From: Alphaproteobacteria bacterium
GTDB lineage: Bacteria; Pseudomonadota; Alphaproteobacteria; UBA8317
DNA length: 27,596 nt
NCBI GenBank assembly: GCA_038131935.1
Contig: JAYPQH010000023.1
Span: forward strand, 1-27,596
Reading direction: 5' to 3'
Position 1 is the first letter of the stretch, and the number at the start of each line of letters is the position of its first letter. Positions 9,292 to 20,018 of this stretch are shown one piece after another. The position numbers and the translations under genes are program-made. The notes below the pieces were generated by a model that saw only the letters and a program-made list of their open reading frames with translations, ran no database searches and had not been told where the DNA came from.

Positions 9292-10122
9292 TTACTGACG
9301 TTTTTGCGAGATAAATTGCCACGCAACGCGACCTGATCGACTTCCCCTTGTGGTTGCCCATTCTAGAGCTTCCCTTTCAAGTTCATGTGCATCATCATTG
9401 ATATGATAATGTTTAGCATAGGCGTGCACCATGGCTAAATATGTAGGTTGGTCACAACTATGGAAACCGAGCCACAGACCAAATCGATCCGATAGTGAAA
9501 CAGATTCTTCCACAGCTTCGCCTGCATGAATTGCTGTGGCTTGCTCATTCTCCGCCATGTCGCGTGGGACCAAATGCCGACGATTGGATGTTGCGTAGAA
9601 CAGAACATTCTCTGGCCGGCCCTCAACACCCCCATCAAGAACTGATTTTAAAGCCCTATATAGGTCATCTCGCACATCAAATGTGAGTTCATCGCAAAAG
9701 AGGATAAACTTTTCGTCACGTGTTCGTAACACCCTCATCAAGGATGGTAATGCCTCCAAATCACCACGATGCACTTCAACCAATTGCAATTGTGCATCAG
9801 GTACATTCTTAGCAATTTCGCGGTGAACGGCTTTGATTAAACTCGATTTGCCCATGCCACGTGCACCCCATAGGAGCGCATTGTTCGCATGTTGCCCCTT
9901 GGCAAAACGTGTTGTGTTGTCAATCAAAATATCGGCAACACGATCCAAGCCTTGAAGAAGTTGTAAGGGAATTACAGAGGGCTGTGCAACAGCAATGAGT
10001 TCATCATGTTCAAGAACATGCACGTCACTTTCTAATGCCTGGGTTGGCACATAAACGGTACGCCTACCTGTAAAATGATCAGCCAAACGACGAATTTGAT
10101 GTACAAGGTCTTCAGATTCCAT
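9292..10122 (-). CDS. DUF815-family AAA+ ATPase
   Basis: ANNALLWGARGMGKSSL, FILFCDE, LKSVLDGG, YATSNRRHL, EESVSLSDRFGLWLGF and RGSRSGRVAWQF. The usual position is divergent from yajC. Confidence 0.88.
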   Translation of the reverse strand: MESEDLVHQIRRLADHFTGRRTVYVPTQALESDVHVLEHDELIAVAQPSVIPLQLLQGLDRVADILIDNTTRFAKGQHANNALLWGARGMGKSSLIKAVHREIAKNVPDAQLQLVEVHRGDLEALPSLMRVLRTRDEKFILFCDELTFDVRDDLYRALKSVLDGGVEGRPENVLFYATSNRRHLVPRDMAENEQATAIHAGEAVEESVSLSDRFGLWLGFHSCDQPTYLAMVHAYAKHYHINDDAHELEREALEWATTRGSRSGRVAWQFISQKRQ

Positions 10123-10177
10123 ATGAAACTCCTAAATGGGAAGGGTAGTGGGATATAGATTAAAATGACATAGGTCC

Positions 10178-10206
10178 TTGTCACCAGTTAGCCCGCCAGT
10201 TAAGAA
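10178..10206 (+). promoter_or_regulatory. Candidate sigma70-type promoter for yajC-secD-secF
   Basis: TTGTCA(10178-10183)-N17-TAAGAA(10201-10206), about 50 nt upstream of the yajC ATG. Pattern match only. Confidence 0.3.
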
Positions 10207-10255
10207 CGCGCAACACAATGGTGTTTTATTTTAAATATTTGGTAGAGGAACGATA

Positions 10256-10585
10256 ATGCTTACCACACCTGCTTTCGCTCAAGCCGCCGGTGCCGTTGGG
10301 ACTGGTGACATCATCATGCAGATGGTTCCATTTGTGGCAATGATTGCCATTTTTTACATATTCCTTATTAGGCCACAACAACGTCGCGCTAAAGAGCATC
10401 GTGCGAAGATTGATGCGGTTCGCCGTGGCGATCAAATCATTACATCCGGTGGACTTAAGGGGAAAGTAACAAAAGTTGGTGATGAAGACGTTGAGGTTGA
10501 GCTCGCTGAAAATGTGCGTGTGCAAGTGGTGAAAGCAACCTTGGCTGATGTCATTAGCAAAACCGAGCCTGTTAAGAATGCGTAA
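10256..10585 (+). CDS. yajC: Preprotein translocase subunit YajC
   Basis: IFYIFLIRPQQRR, RRGDQIITSGGLKGKV. SD GAGG upstream. Confidence 0.95.
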   Translation: MLTTPAFAQAAGAVGTGDIIMQMVPFVAMIAIFYIFLIRPQQRRAKEHRAKIDAVRRGDQIITSGGLKGKVTKVGDEDVEVELAENVRVQVVKATLADVISKTEPVKNA

Positions 10586-10629
10586 TTGCTCTTAAGAAAA
10601 CGAAAACTCACAATTTATAGGTGTAACCT

Positions 10630-12222
10630 ATGATCACCATACCATTTTGGCAGCGGATTGGCATTGTGTTGATAATGCTGTTGGGTATTCTTTTAGCGTT
10701 GCCAACATTTCTTGGTGAAAAGAATTCTACTGTTTCTCGTTACCTTCCAGGTGGCCCAATTCAGTTGGGTTTAGATCTGCAAGGTGGAGCCCATTTGCTT
10801 TTAGAAGTTGCAACCTATCAGTTGGTTGAGGAACGACTTGAAAACTTACGCGATGAGACGAGGCAAGCATTTCGTGGTACAAGACCAAGCATTGGATACC
10901 GTCGTTTGGACATCAAAAACGGTGCTTTGCATATTGACTTGCGTAATATATCGGACAGAGCCTCAGCCCGAGACCGACTGTTGGAGGTTTCTTTGGATGG
11001 TGCCGATTTTGATATTGTAGATAGTCCATCTGGTTTGATTGTTTCGTACAAAGAAGGGGCGCAAACTGAATTGGTCAGGCGCGCAGTGTCTCAAGCCATT
11101 GAAGTACTTCGCCGTCGTATTGATCCTGATGGAACCAAAGAACCTGTGATCCAAGCTCAAGGTGCTGACCGTATATTGGTGCAAGTCCCTGGTGAATCCA
11201 ATCTCATAAGGTTGCGCAGTTTGATCACACAAACGGCACGCATGACCTTCCACCTGGTTTGCTTGGATAACACCCCTGGTTGTCGTGAAATTGTCTCTGC
11301 TGATGGCTATAGAGATAGCTACAATGTTGTGCGAAGGCCAGCGTTAAGCGGTGAAAGTTTGGTTGATGCTGGCGCAAGCACAGATGAAAATGGCCAACCT
11401 GCGGTTTCTTTTCGATTTGACACAGCGGGTGCTCGTATTTTTGCCAAATTGACAGAGGAGAATGTAGGTAAACCGTTTGCGATAGTGCTTGATTCAGGAA
11501 TTGATGAGGCAACTGGCAAACCTATCGTTGAGGTGATTTCTGCACCAAGAATTTCTGTTCCCATAAGAGGAGGATCTGGCATTATTGAGGGTAATTTTAC
11601 CTTTGAAAGTGCAAATGACCTCGCAATATTGTTGCGTGCTGGTGCGTTACCGGCACCTTTAAAAATTATAGAAGAACGCTCTGTGGGACCAGATCTTGGC
11701 GCTGATTCTGTTGCAGCTGGTGAACTTGCATCACTGCTAGCGCTCATCAGTGTGATTGTTTTCATGGTGGTTTATTATCGTATTGTTGGCATGATTGCAT
11801 CCTTTGCGTTGGTAAGTAACCTCATACTCATTATCGGCACCTTGGGGCTTCTTGGTGCCACACTTACCCTTCCTGGTATTGCCGGTATTGTCTTGACGAT
11901 GGGTATGGCTGTTGATGCAAACGTGCTAATTTTTGAGCGTATACGTGAAGAACGCGCTCGTGGTACAAAACCATTGTTAGCAATTGATGCTGGCTATCGT
12001 CGCGCAATGTCCACCATTATAGATGCAAACATTACGACATTTATTGCTGCGTTGATTTTATTCGTACTTGGTGCTGGACCGATCAAAGGCTTTGCCGTCA
12101 CATTATGTATTGGAATTATTACCTCGGTTTTTTCAGCTGTTTTCCTAACACGGTTGGCGATGGTCATTTGGTTCAGGGCTAAGCGTCCAACTCAACTATC
12201 TGGTTTAGAGGGGAAGCGTTGA
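10630..12222 (+). CDS. secD: Protein translocase subunit SecD
   Basis: LGLDLQGGAHLLL, RRRID, LLRAGALPAPL, VGPDLGADS, TLTLPGIAGIVLTMGMAVDANVLIFERIREE and IIDANITT. Confidence 0.96.
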   Translation: MITIPFWQRIGIVLIMLLGILLALPTFLGEKNSTVSRYLPGGPIQLGLDLQGGAHLLLEVATYQLVEERLENLRDETRQAFRGTRPSIGYRRLDIKNGALHIDLRNISDRASARDRLLEVSLDGADFDIVDSPSGLIVSYKEGAQTELVRRAVSQAIEVLRRRIDPDGTKEPVIQAQGADRILVQVPGESNLIRLRSLITQTARMTFHLVCLDNTPGCREIVSADGYRDSYNVVRRPALSGESLVDAGASTDENGQPAVSFRFDTAGARIFAKLTEENVGKPFAIVLDSGIDEATGKPIVEVISAPRISVPIRGGSGIIEGNFTFESANDLAILLRAGALPAPLKIIEERSVGPDLGADSVAAGELASLLALISVIVFMVVYYRIVGMIASFALVSNLILIIGTLGLLGATLTLPGIAGIVLTMGMAVDANVLIFERIREERARGTKPLLAIDAGYRRAMSTIIDANITTFIAALILFVLGAGPIKGFAVTLCIGIITSVFSAVFLTRLAMVIWFRAKRPTQLSGLEGKR

Positions 12223-12223
12223 G

Positions 12224-13129
12224 ATGAAATTACCTCCTATTGAATTTATGCGGTTTCGTCATTTTGGTCTGGGCCTATCCTCGCTCTTAATCTTACTTTC
12301 TTTGGTGCTGATCGTGACCAAAGGGTTTAATGTAGGGATTGATTTCGCTGGGGGTACGCTCATCGAAATTGGATCAGAACGCGCAATTTCGCTCGAAGAC
12401 GTTCGTTCAAGGGTTAACAATCTTCAGTTGGGTGAAGCACAAATTCAGTCATTCGGAAGTGAAACCGAAGCTATTATAAGGGTACAGGCAGATGAAAATA
12501 CCGATGTTGCGGCGTTAATAGAAAATGACATCCGCAGCATCATACCTGACGTGAGCATCAGGCGTGTTGAAATGGTCGGGCCGAAAGTTGGGGAAGAGTT
12601 GATACAAACAGGTTTATGGGCTGTTATTGCTGCATTGGCTGGTATTCTGATTTACGTTTGGCTGCGATTTGATACAGCCTTTGGCGTGGCTTCTGTAACT
12701 GCGCTACTGCATGATGTTATTCTCACGCTTGGGCTCTTCTCACTTTTGAATCTAGAGTTTTCATTATCTGTTGTTGCTGCAATCCTTACGATCGCAGGGT
12801 ATTCTATCAATGACACAGTGGTGGTTTTTGACCGTATACGTGAGAATTTACGCAAATATAAAAAACGTACCCTGTCGCTTGTGATCGATGATTCCCTTAA
12901 CGAGACATTAGCGCGTACATTGGTGACCTCACTTACAACTTTATTGGCGTTGGTATGCTTGTTTATGTTTGGTGGTGAAGTTCTTCGCGGATTTGTTGCA
13001 GCACTCATTTTCGGTGTGGTGATTGGAACCTATTCTTCTTTGTTTTTAGCAAGCCCCTTGCTTATCCTTCTTGGCGTACATCGAGGTCAAGATGATGATG
13101 CAGATGGAATAAAAAGAGATGCTACGTGA
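12224..13129 (+). CDS. secF: Protein translocase subunit SecF
   Basis: GIDFAGG, VGPKVGEEL, LLHDV, GYSINDTVVVFDRIREN and GTYSSLF. Confidence 0.96.
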   Translation: MKLPPIEFMRFRHFGLGLSSLLILLSLVLIVTKGFNVGIDFAGGTLIEIGSERAISLEDVRSRVNNLQLGEAQIQSFGSETEAIIRVQADENTDVAALIENDIRSIIPDVSIRRVEMVGPKVGEELIQTGLWAVIAALAGILIYVWLRFDTAFGVASVTALLHDVILTLGLFSLLNLEFSLSVVAAILTIAGYSINDTVVVFDRIRENLRKYKKRTLSLVIDDSLNETLARTLVTSLTTLLALVCLFMFGGEVLRGFVAALIFGVVIGTYSSLFLASPLLILLGVHRGQDDDADGIKRDAT

Positions 13130-13485
13130 AGAAAAGATAGAAGGAGCTTGTCCCTCCATCATATCTTATCAAGATGGTTCGTTCACTTTAGAAAACAGTG
13201 AGAGGTATCAAGGAAATTTATTGATATCTTCCCTTCATGGTGTATGTGATTTGGACGTGGCATCTCCAGACGATGCAACAATTTCTGAATGGTTAAAAAG
13301 CTTATGATGTTGTGTTGTGGGGAAGCGGTTCCACGCGCGTGCTCAACGGGGTTTCACGAGCTCATGTGGCTCTTGGTGTTGAGGTTATGGCAACAGACGC
13401 TGCGGTACGAACGTTCAATGCGTGCCTGGCCGAAAAAAGAAGGGTGATTGCTTGGCTGCAACCACCCCATCAAGACGTAACGTAA
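13119..13485 (+). CDS. Mth938-like domain protein (DUF498/NDUFAF3 family), split by an apparent +1 indel at A5 13295-13299
   Basis: The 62-aa ORF stops at 13307, but the frame from 13300 reads AYDVVLWGSG...GVEVMATDAAVRTFNACLAEKRRVIAWL to TAA 13483-13485, matching the Mth938 motif (GxG; vEvMxTxAAcRTyN.l..EgR.V). The usual position is right after secF. Confidence 0.8.
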
Positions 13486-13493
13486 AGAGAGTT

Positions 13494-14093
13494 TTACGCT
13501 TTCGCGAGATTCTCGTTCACAAAATCCCAATTGATTAGTTTTTCAATGAATGTTGCGATGTAATCAGGACGACGATTTTGCGCGTCAAGATAATAAGCAT
13601 GCTCCCAAACATCCATTGTCAGTAATGCGGTTTGGCCTTTGGTCATAGGTAAGTCAGCGTTGGCGGTCTTTTCCACTTTAAGGGTGCCATTGTCCAACAC
13701 CAACCATGCCCAGCCAGATCCAAATTGTGTGGCGCCAGCAGTTTTAAAGGCTTCCACAAAAGCATCGTAGGAGCCAAAGTCTTCATCAATTTTTTGCGCT
13801 ATGGCGCCCGTTGGTGCACCACCACCTTGTGGAGCCATTGAGTGCCAATAGAAGGTGTGATTCCATACTTGGGCAGCATTGTTAAAAATACCTGCCATGG
13901 AGGGGTCTTTAGAGGACTTCATGATAATCTCTTCTAAAGATGCAGACTCTAGGTCTGTGCCTTCGATCATCTTATTAAGGTTGACCACATAGGTGTTGTG
14001 GTGCTTTCCGTGGTGAAAGTCTAATGTGTTCGCAGAAATATGTGGCTCGAGGGCCGTTTTGTCATAAGGAAGTGCAGGCAAATCAAAAGCCAT
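13494..14093 (-). CDS. sodB: Superoxide dismutase, Fe type (199 aa)
   Basis: HHGKHH, IFNNAAQVWNHTFYW (AAQ is typical of Fe-SOD), FGSGWAWL and DVWEHAYY. Start ATG at 14093 with SD GAGG; the ORF-track start at 14153 is too long. Confidence 0.94.
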   Translation of the reverse strand: MAFDLPALPYDKTALEPHISANTLDFHHGKHHNTYVVNLNKMIEGTDLESASLEEIIMKSSKDPSMAGIFNNAAQVWNHTFYWHSMAPQGGGAPTGAIAQKIDEDFGSYDAFVEAFKTAGATQFGSGWAWLVLDNGTLKVEKTANADLPMTKGQTALLTMDVWEHAYYLDAQNRRPDYIATFIEKLINWDFVNENLAKA

Positions 14094-14183
14094 AGGAAAC
14101 CTCTTTTTATAAATTCGAATAACACCCGTCATGAGTGCACGGGTTAGTAACACAGATAGGTCATTTTTTTCAAAAGGTCAGCT

Positions 14184-14876
14184 ATGTCAGAAACAAATAT
14201 TCGCATTATACTGGATGATCTTGTCGCAATTGACCATTTTGGTGCCATGTTGGTGGCGACATTGGCACCTGTCAAACCCCGCATTGCAAAGATTATAGCC
14301 TTGGATATGTTCTTAAGGTCACTTCACCAAAAAACATCTGAAGAAGCGATTCTCAATATTCAGCAATTATGGTGGCAAGAAAGATTAATCGATTTACCAA
14401 ACCATCCATTGGGACATCCGTTTTTGTCTTGGCTCGCTCACGATGAGTGGTCAGAACAAGGTATTTGGGGAAAATTGGGATGTTATCAAATGGAACATGC
14501 ACACAATGATGCACCATTTCTATTTGATATTCATGATAATTGGAAATTTTCTAAGTTATTACGGCTTTATTATCGGCAGCAACTTCTTGAGGGGCACCTG
14601 GTCTCATTGGCGCCAAGAGCATGGAGTGATGAAATCCGACAATATCGACATCAAGAGAGGTTCGAGGCTCAAGTAGCTCTCGAACAAAAACGTGAGTTGT
14701 TGCGAGGGCTTGATGCGCTTCATCAAACCGACAAATATTTTTGCAGGATTTTAAATGGTTACAACAAGCCATGGTGGAAGCGTTTTGCAAGTTGGCTACC
14801 TTTAATGATCTTGCTTAGAAATCAATCAACGATTATCGAGAGAGATATTACATCGTTTTTCTTTACATCCTCCTGA
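14184..14876 (+). CDS. Highly diverged squalene/phytoene synthase-family (NDUFAF6-like) protein
   Basis: N-terminal ...TLAPVKPR..IIALD...TSEEAILNIQQLWWQERL...GHP resembles the alphaproteobacterial pattern lfAP..kR.al.AL...vSEp.lgeiRlqWWrdal...gHP. The family normally sits beside the Mth938-like gene and trmFO. The C-terminal half is not recognisable. Confidence 0.5.
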   Translation: MSETNIRIILDDLVAIDHFGAMLVATLAPVKPRIAKIIALDMFLRSLHQKTSEEAILNIQQLWWQERLIDLPNHPLGHPFLSWLAHDEWSEQGIWGKLGCYQMEHAHNDAPFLFDIHDNWKFSKLLRLYYRQQLLEGHLVSLAPRAWSDEIRQYRHQERFEAQVALEQKRELLRGLDALHQTDKYFCRILNGYNKPWWKRFASWLPLMILLRNQSTIIERDITSFFFTSS

Positions 14877-14895
14877 ATTTTACCTTTGGTTTTTT

Positions 14896-15810
14896 ATGGC
14901 AATTTTTCAATTTTTGCTCACATCAGTGATGCCTGTAGCCGCTGCCTTGATTTTGGGCCTCTTCATGGGGAGGCGTCAGGTCTTTGTTATGTCAGATGCC
15001 ATCACTCTATCTCGACTTATTGCTTTTGTGGGTGTTCCAGCGATCACAATCAACATCTTCACAACAGTAGACCTGCATCGCATAGATTGGACGTTGTTTG
15101 CACTATATGCCTCCTCTGAAGCGGCCATTTATGCCATGGGAGCTTGTGCAGCTCGTTTCTTATTCCGCATGAATTGGATTGAATCTATTATTGTGGGAAT
15201 GGCCTGCTCGTTTTCCAATCATGTTCTGTTTGTTTACCCGATTGCGTTGTTGTCTATGCCAGTTTCGCAGGTCATACCTGTAGAAGCTACCATTATATGG
15301 GGTGTTGTTAGTTTATCTATTTCCATCACCCTTATTGAATTATGCACACCAGGGCGCAGCCTACCACAAGCTGCTGTAGCCCAGCTTCGCAATCCCGCCA
15401 TGATAGGTTGTGTGGTGGGTATTGTTCTTGGTCAATCTTTCGAGACTGTACCTGCCGTTATCACCAACATGGCTGGCTTCTTCACCAAAATGGCAGCTCC
15501 TTGTGCTTTGTTGGCTACAGGGGTGATTTTAAGTCAAAACTTGCGCCTAAATAATCTTAGTCTTGCCCTAACTATTACGGCATATAAGTCAGTATTTCAC
15601 CCAGCCTTAGCATTTATCATTATCATGTTTTGGGGCGGCTATAATTTAGAAGAAGGTCGCTCGACATTGATGGTGAGCTTCGCACCCCTCGGGGTCATGG
15701 CCGTGACTTTTGGCATGAGGTATGGGGTTGATACAGGCCCCATATGCCTCGCCATGCTTATTTCATTTATGGTAGCTCTTTTGGGCATACCCATTGTAGC
15801 AACCTGGTAA
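14896..15810 (+). CDS. AEC (auxin efflux carrier / Mem_trans) family transporter
   Basis: 304 aa with about 10 hydrophobic segments. SVMPV, VGVPA, FSN..FV.PI, RNP, AAPCALLATG and K..FHPAL follow the AEC pattern. Confidence 0.8.
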   Translation: MAIFQFLLTSVMPVAAALILGLFMGRRQVFVMSDAITLSRLIAFVGVPAITINIFTTVDLHRIDWTLFALYASSEAAIYAMGACAARFLFRMNWIESIIVGMACSFSNHVLFVYPIALLSMPVSQVIPVEATIIWGVVSLSISITLIELCTPGRSLPQAAVAQLRNPAMIGCVVGIVLGQSFETVPAVITNMAGFFTKMAAPCALLATGVILSQNLRLNNLSLALTITAYKSVFHPALAFIIIMFWGGYNLEEGRSTLMVSFAPLGVMAVTFGMRYGVDTGPICLAMLISFMVALLGIPIVATW

Positions 15811-15812
15811 CC

Positions 15813-17165
15813 TTACACCAAAGCAGATTGCTGGAATTCCAGTAAGTCTTCACGTGCTCTATTGCAAAACATTAATGCTCGGTCCTTTTTACCAAGTTTA
15901 CGTTTTGAACGTGTAACAGGGAGGGGGAACAAGCCAAAATTAACATTCATCGGTTGAAAAGTTGTAGCTTCGGCGCCCTCAGTTATATGGTGCAAAAGGG
16001 CACCCATCGCCGTTGTCTGGCTTGGAATTTTGATTTCTTGGCCAAGCTGATCTGCCGACATAAACAAACCGGCGAGCAATCCCATGGCGGCTGACTCAAC
16101 ATATCCCTCTACGCCTGTAATTTGACCTGCAAAACGAATATGAGGTGCTTTATGTAAACGTAAAGTTTTATCCAAAAGTCTGGGTGATTGTATGAATGTA
16201 TTGCGATGAATACCACCAAGTCTTGCAAATTCAGCTTGTTGCAAGCCTGGAATTGTTCTGAATATTTCTTTCTGAGCGTTGTATTTGAGTTTTGTTTGAA
16301 ACCCTACGAGGTTATACAAAGTACCCAATTTGTTATCCTGACGAAGTTGAACCACTGCGTAAGGTTTCTCATCAGGACGATGAGGATTCGTAAGGCCAAC
16401 AGGTTTTAGTGGGCCATAACGAAGAGTTTCTCTTCCCCGTTCAGCCATAACTTCAATGGGAAGACATCCTTCAAAATAGGGTGTTTTCTTTTCCCATTCT
16501 TGAAATTCTGTTTTCTCACCCGTCAACAACAAATCTATAAAATGTTCATATTCGTCACGTGTTAAAGGGCAATTGAGATAGTCTTTGCCGTCTCCACCTG
16601 GACCAATTTTGTCATAACGAGATTGGAACCAACAGATATCCATATCAACAGTATCTCGATAAACAATCGGAGCTATCGCATCAAAAAATGCCAATTGATC
16701 AAGCTCAGTAACGTCAAGAATAGATTGTGTCAGTGCTGAAGAGGTAAGCGGACCTGTTGCAACCAAGGTTGGGGGGGTGTCGGGTAAAAAAATCGATGAG
16801 ACCTCATGGCGATTTATCTCTACATGGGAATGTTGTTCCAATTGTTCTGTTATGGCTTGAGCAAACCCATCACGATCTACAGCCAGGGCTCCCCCAGCTG
16901 GTACCTGGTGGGCATCAGCGGTATGCATGATAAGAGAGTTCATTTTTCGCATTTCTTGATGAAGCAATCCAACAGCATTCCCATTGGCATCATCCGAACG
17001 AAATGAATTTGAACATACAAGCTCTGCACAAAAATTTGTATGATGTGCATCTGTTTTGATTTCAGGTCGCATTTCATGCAAGACAACATGAATACCTCTT
17101 TGTGCAAGCTGAAAGGCTGCTTCTGAGCCAGCAAGTCCCGCACCAATCACATGCACTTTAGTCAT
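15813..17165 (-). CDS. trmFO: Methylenetetrahydrofolate--tRNA-(uracil-5-)-methyltransferase TrmFO (Gid)
   Basis: [48 protein letters not shown] and [12 protein letters not shown]. Start ATG 17165 overlaps the uvrA end. Confidence 0.95.
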   Translation of the reverse strand: MTKVHVIGAGLAGSEAAFQLAQRGIHVVLHEMRPEIKTDAHHTNFCAELVCSNSFRSDDANGNAVGLLHQEMRKMNSLIMHTADAHQVPAGGALAVDRDGFAQAITEQLEQHSHVEINRHEVSSIFLPDTPPTLVATGPLTSSALTQSILDVTELDQLAFFDAIAPIVYRDTVDMDICWFQSRYDKIGPGGDGKDYLNCPLTRDEYEHFIDLLLTGEKTEFQEWEKKTPYFEGCLPIEVMAERGRETLRYGPLKPVGLTNPHRPDEKPYAVVQLRQDNKLGTLYNLVGFQTKLKYNAQKEIFRTIPGLQQAEFARLGGIHRNTFIQSPRLLDKTLRLHKAPHIRFAGQITGVEGYVESAAMGLLAGLFMSADQLGQEIKIPSQTTAMGALLHHITEGAEATTFQPMNVNFGLFPLPVTRSKRKLGKKDRALMFCNRAREDLLEFQQSALV

Positions 17166-20018
17166 GATTTTGCTGACCTCTCGCAAGCAAGTCTTTCAAG
17201 TAAAATCCAGTGTATGAACCATCTGCTGCGGCAATATCCTCCGGACGTCCAACGCCGACGACCTTACCTCCCAAAGTTCCACCTTCAGGACCAAAATCAA
17301 TAACCCAGTCACTGGTTTTGACCACTTCTAAGTTATGCTCAATCACAACAACTGTGTTTCCGTGGTCAACCAATTCATGAAGCACCTCAAGAAGTTTCTT
17401 AACATCTTCAAAATGCAATCCTGTTGTTGGTTCATCGAGGATATAGAGTGTGCGACCTGTGGCCCGACGTGATAGCTCTTTTGCAAGTTTGATCCGCTGT
17501 GCTTCGCCACCAGAAAGTGTTGTGGCTTGTTGACCAACCTTAATATAACCAAGACCAACACGTTGAAGGGTGTATAACTTGTCATATATTGCAGGTACTG
17601 CCTTAAAAAATTCAGCAGCGTCATCTACCGTCATTTCAAGCACATCCGCGATAGATTGGTCTTTATAAGAAATTTCTAATGTCTCTCGGTTATAACGCCG
17701 ACCACGACATACTTCGCATTGGACATAAACATCAGGCAAAAAATGCATTTCGATTTTTATAACACCATCGCCTTGACATGCTTCGCATCGACCACCCTTA
17801 ACGTTGAATGAAAAACGACCCGCTTTGTAGCCCCGCGCTTGCGCTTCGGGAAGGCCTGCAAACCAGTCGCGTATGGGGCTGAATGCACCGGTGTATGTGG
17901 CTGGGTTAGAACGTGGTGTGCGCCCGATGGGTGATTGATCAATGTCTATAACTTTATCAAGATATTCTAATCCTTTGATGGAACGATGTGGCCCAGGATG
18001 GGTACGTGCTCCATTCAATCGACGTGCTGCAGCTTTGTATAATGTTTCAATGGTAAAAGTTGATTTTCCACCTCCTGATACACCTGTGATGCATGTGAAG
18101 ACGCCAATCGGTATATCGGCGTTAACATCCTGGAGATTGTTTCCTGTGGCTCCTTCTACTTTTATCATGCGGCGTGGATTAATCTTACGGCGCTCAGCGG
18201 GCACTTCAATGAATTTGCGTCCAGATAGGTAGTCACCGGTAATCGAATCAGGGGTGTTGATGATGTCTTCAGGTGTTCCAAGAGCAACAATATGCCCGCC
18301 ATGAATACCCGCTCTAGGGCCGATATCAACGACAAAGTCTGCCGTTCTAATGGCGTCTTCATCATGCTCCACGACCAAAACGGTGTTGCCCAAATCACGC
18401 AACCCTTTCAATGTATCGAGAAGTTTTTCATTATCACGCTGGTGCAGTCCAATTGATGGTTCATCAAGGACATAAAGAACCCCGGTAAGACCTGAGCCAA
18501 TTTGTGACGCAAGTCGAATGCGTTGAGACTCACCACCAGATAGAGTTCCTGAAGCACGCGCTAGGGTAAGATATTCAAGTCCTACATTCATTAAAAACCC
18601 AAGGCGATCACAGATTTCTTTCAGAATGCGGGCTGCAATTGCATTTTGTTTAGGGCTTATATGTTGAGGGAGATCCTTAAACCATGCATCGACCTCACGG
18701 ATTGGCATATGACATACATGACCAATATGCAGCTCATTAAGTTGGACGCATAAAGCTTCAGGCTTCAATCGAAAACCTCCACATGAGCTACAAGGCGCGT
18801 CTGTTTTGAACTGCTCAAGCTCTTCGCGAACCCAATTGGAGTCGCTTTCTTTAAAACGTCGCTCTAAATTAGGAATAATGCCCTCAAAAGGTTTTTTTAC
18901 GGAATACCGCCTCAAGCCATCATCATAGGTAAAGGATACCTCTTCACCTTGTGATCCATGTAATAGAATATTTCTGGCTTGTTCGGGCAGTTTTTCCCAT
19001 GGTTCTATCAATGAAAAATTGTAGGTTTTTGCCAATGCATTAAGCGTCTGCATGTAAAAAGGAGACGTGCTTTTCGCCCATGGTGCTATGGCGCCATCTT
19101 TTAATGATAATTGATCATCTGGTATGATAAGAACTTCATCAAAAGCCAATTCACTTCCTAATCCATCACAAGCGGGGCAGGCGCCATGGGGGTTGTTAAA
19201 TGAAAAAAGTCTTGGCTCTATTTCTTCAATAGTAAATCCTGATACCGGGCAGGCAAACCGCTCTGAAAATAGTATCTTTGAGTCCATGCCTTTTGGTGGG
19301 TTTAAAAGCTCCACAACAGCAAGACCATCAGCTATTTTTAATGCTGTTTCAAAAGAATCCGACAACCTTACAGCAATGTCATCTTTGACAACCAGTCGGT
19401 CGACAACCACATCAATGTCATGTTTGATATTTTTATCAAGCTTCGGTGTTTCTTCTATGGGGTAAATTTCACCATCAATTTTAACACGTTGAAATCCGCG
19501 AGCTTGTAATTCCGCCAACTCTTTCCTGTACTCGCCTTTTCTCCCACGAATCATAGGTGCCATGAGCAAAATACGTGTTCCCTCTTTCAACTCTAAAACC
19601 CGGTCAACCATCTGCGAGACAGTCTGTGATGTAATGGGTTTTCCTGTTGCAGGTGAAATAGGTATACCAGCCCGAGCCCAAAGAAGCCTCATATAATCAT
19701 AGATCTCCGTCACGGTACCAACTGTAGAACGTGGATTTTTTGACGTTGTCTTTTGCTCAATGGCAATGGCAGGTGATAGCCCCTCGATATGGTCTAAATC
19801 TGGTTTTTGCATCATTTCCAAAACTGCCGTGCATAAGCTGACAGACTTTCTACATAACGACGCTGCCCCTCGGCATAAATTGTATCAAAAGCCAGTGATG
19901 ATTTTCCTGAGCCCGAAAGCCCTGTGAAGACGATGAGTTGGTCACGAGGAATGTCGATATTCACATTTTTAAGGTTATGCTCTCTTGCACCTTGGACAGA
20001 TATCAATTTTTGGCTCAT
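17158..20018 (-). CDS. uvrA: Excinuclease ABC subunit A, split by an apparent 1-nt deletion at 19820-19823
   Basis: The N-terminal ORF has GAREHNLKN and [35 protein letters not shown]. The long ORF continues EMMQKPD with two ABC signatures and Zn fingers. One extra T on the coding strand restores ARQFLEMMQKP. Confidence 0.93.
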
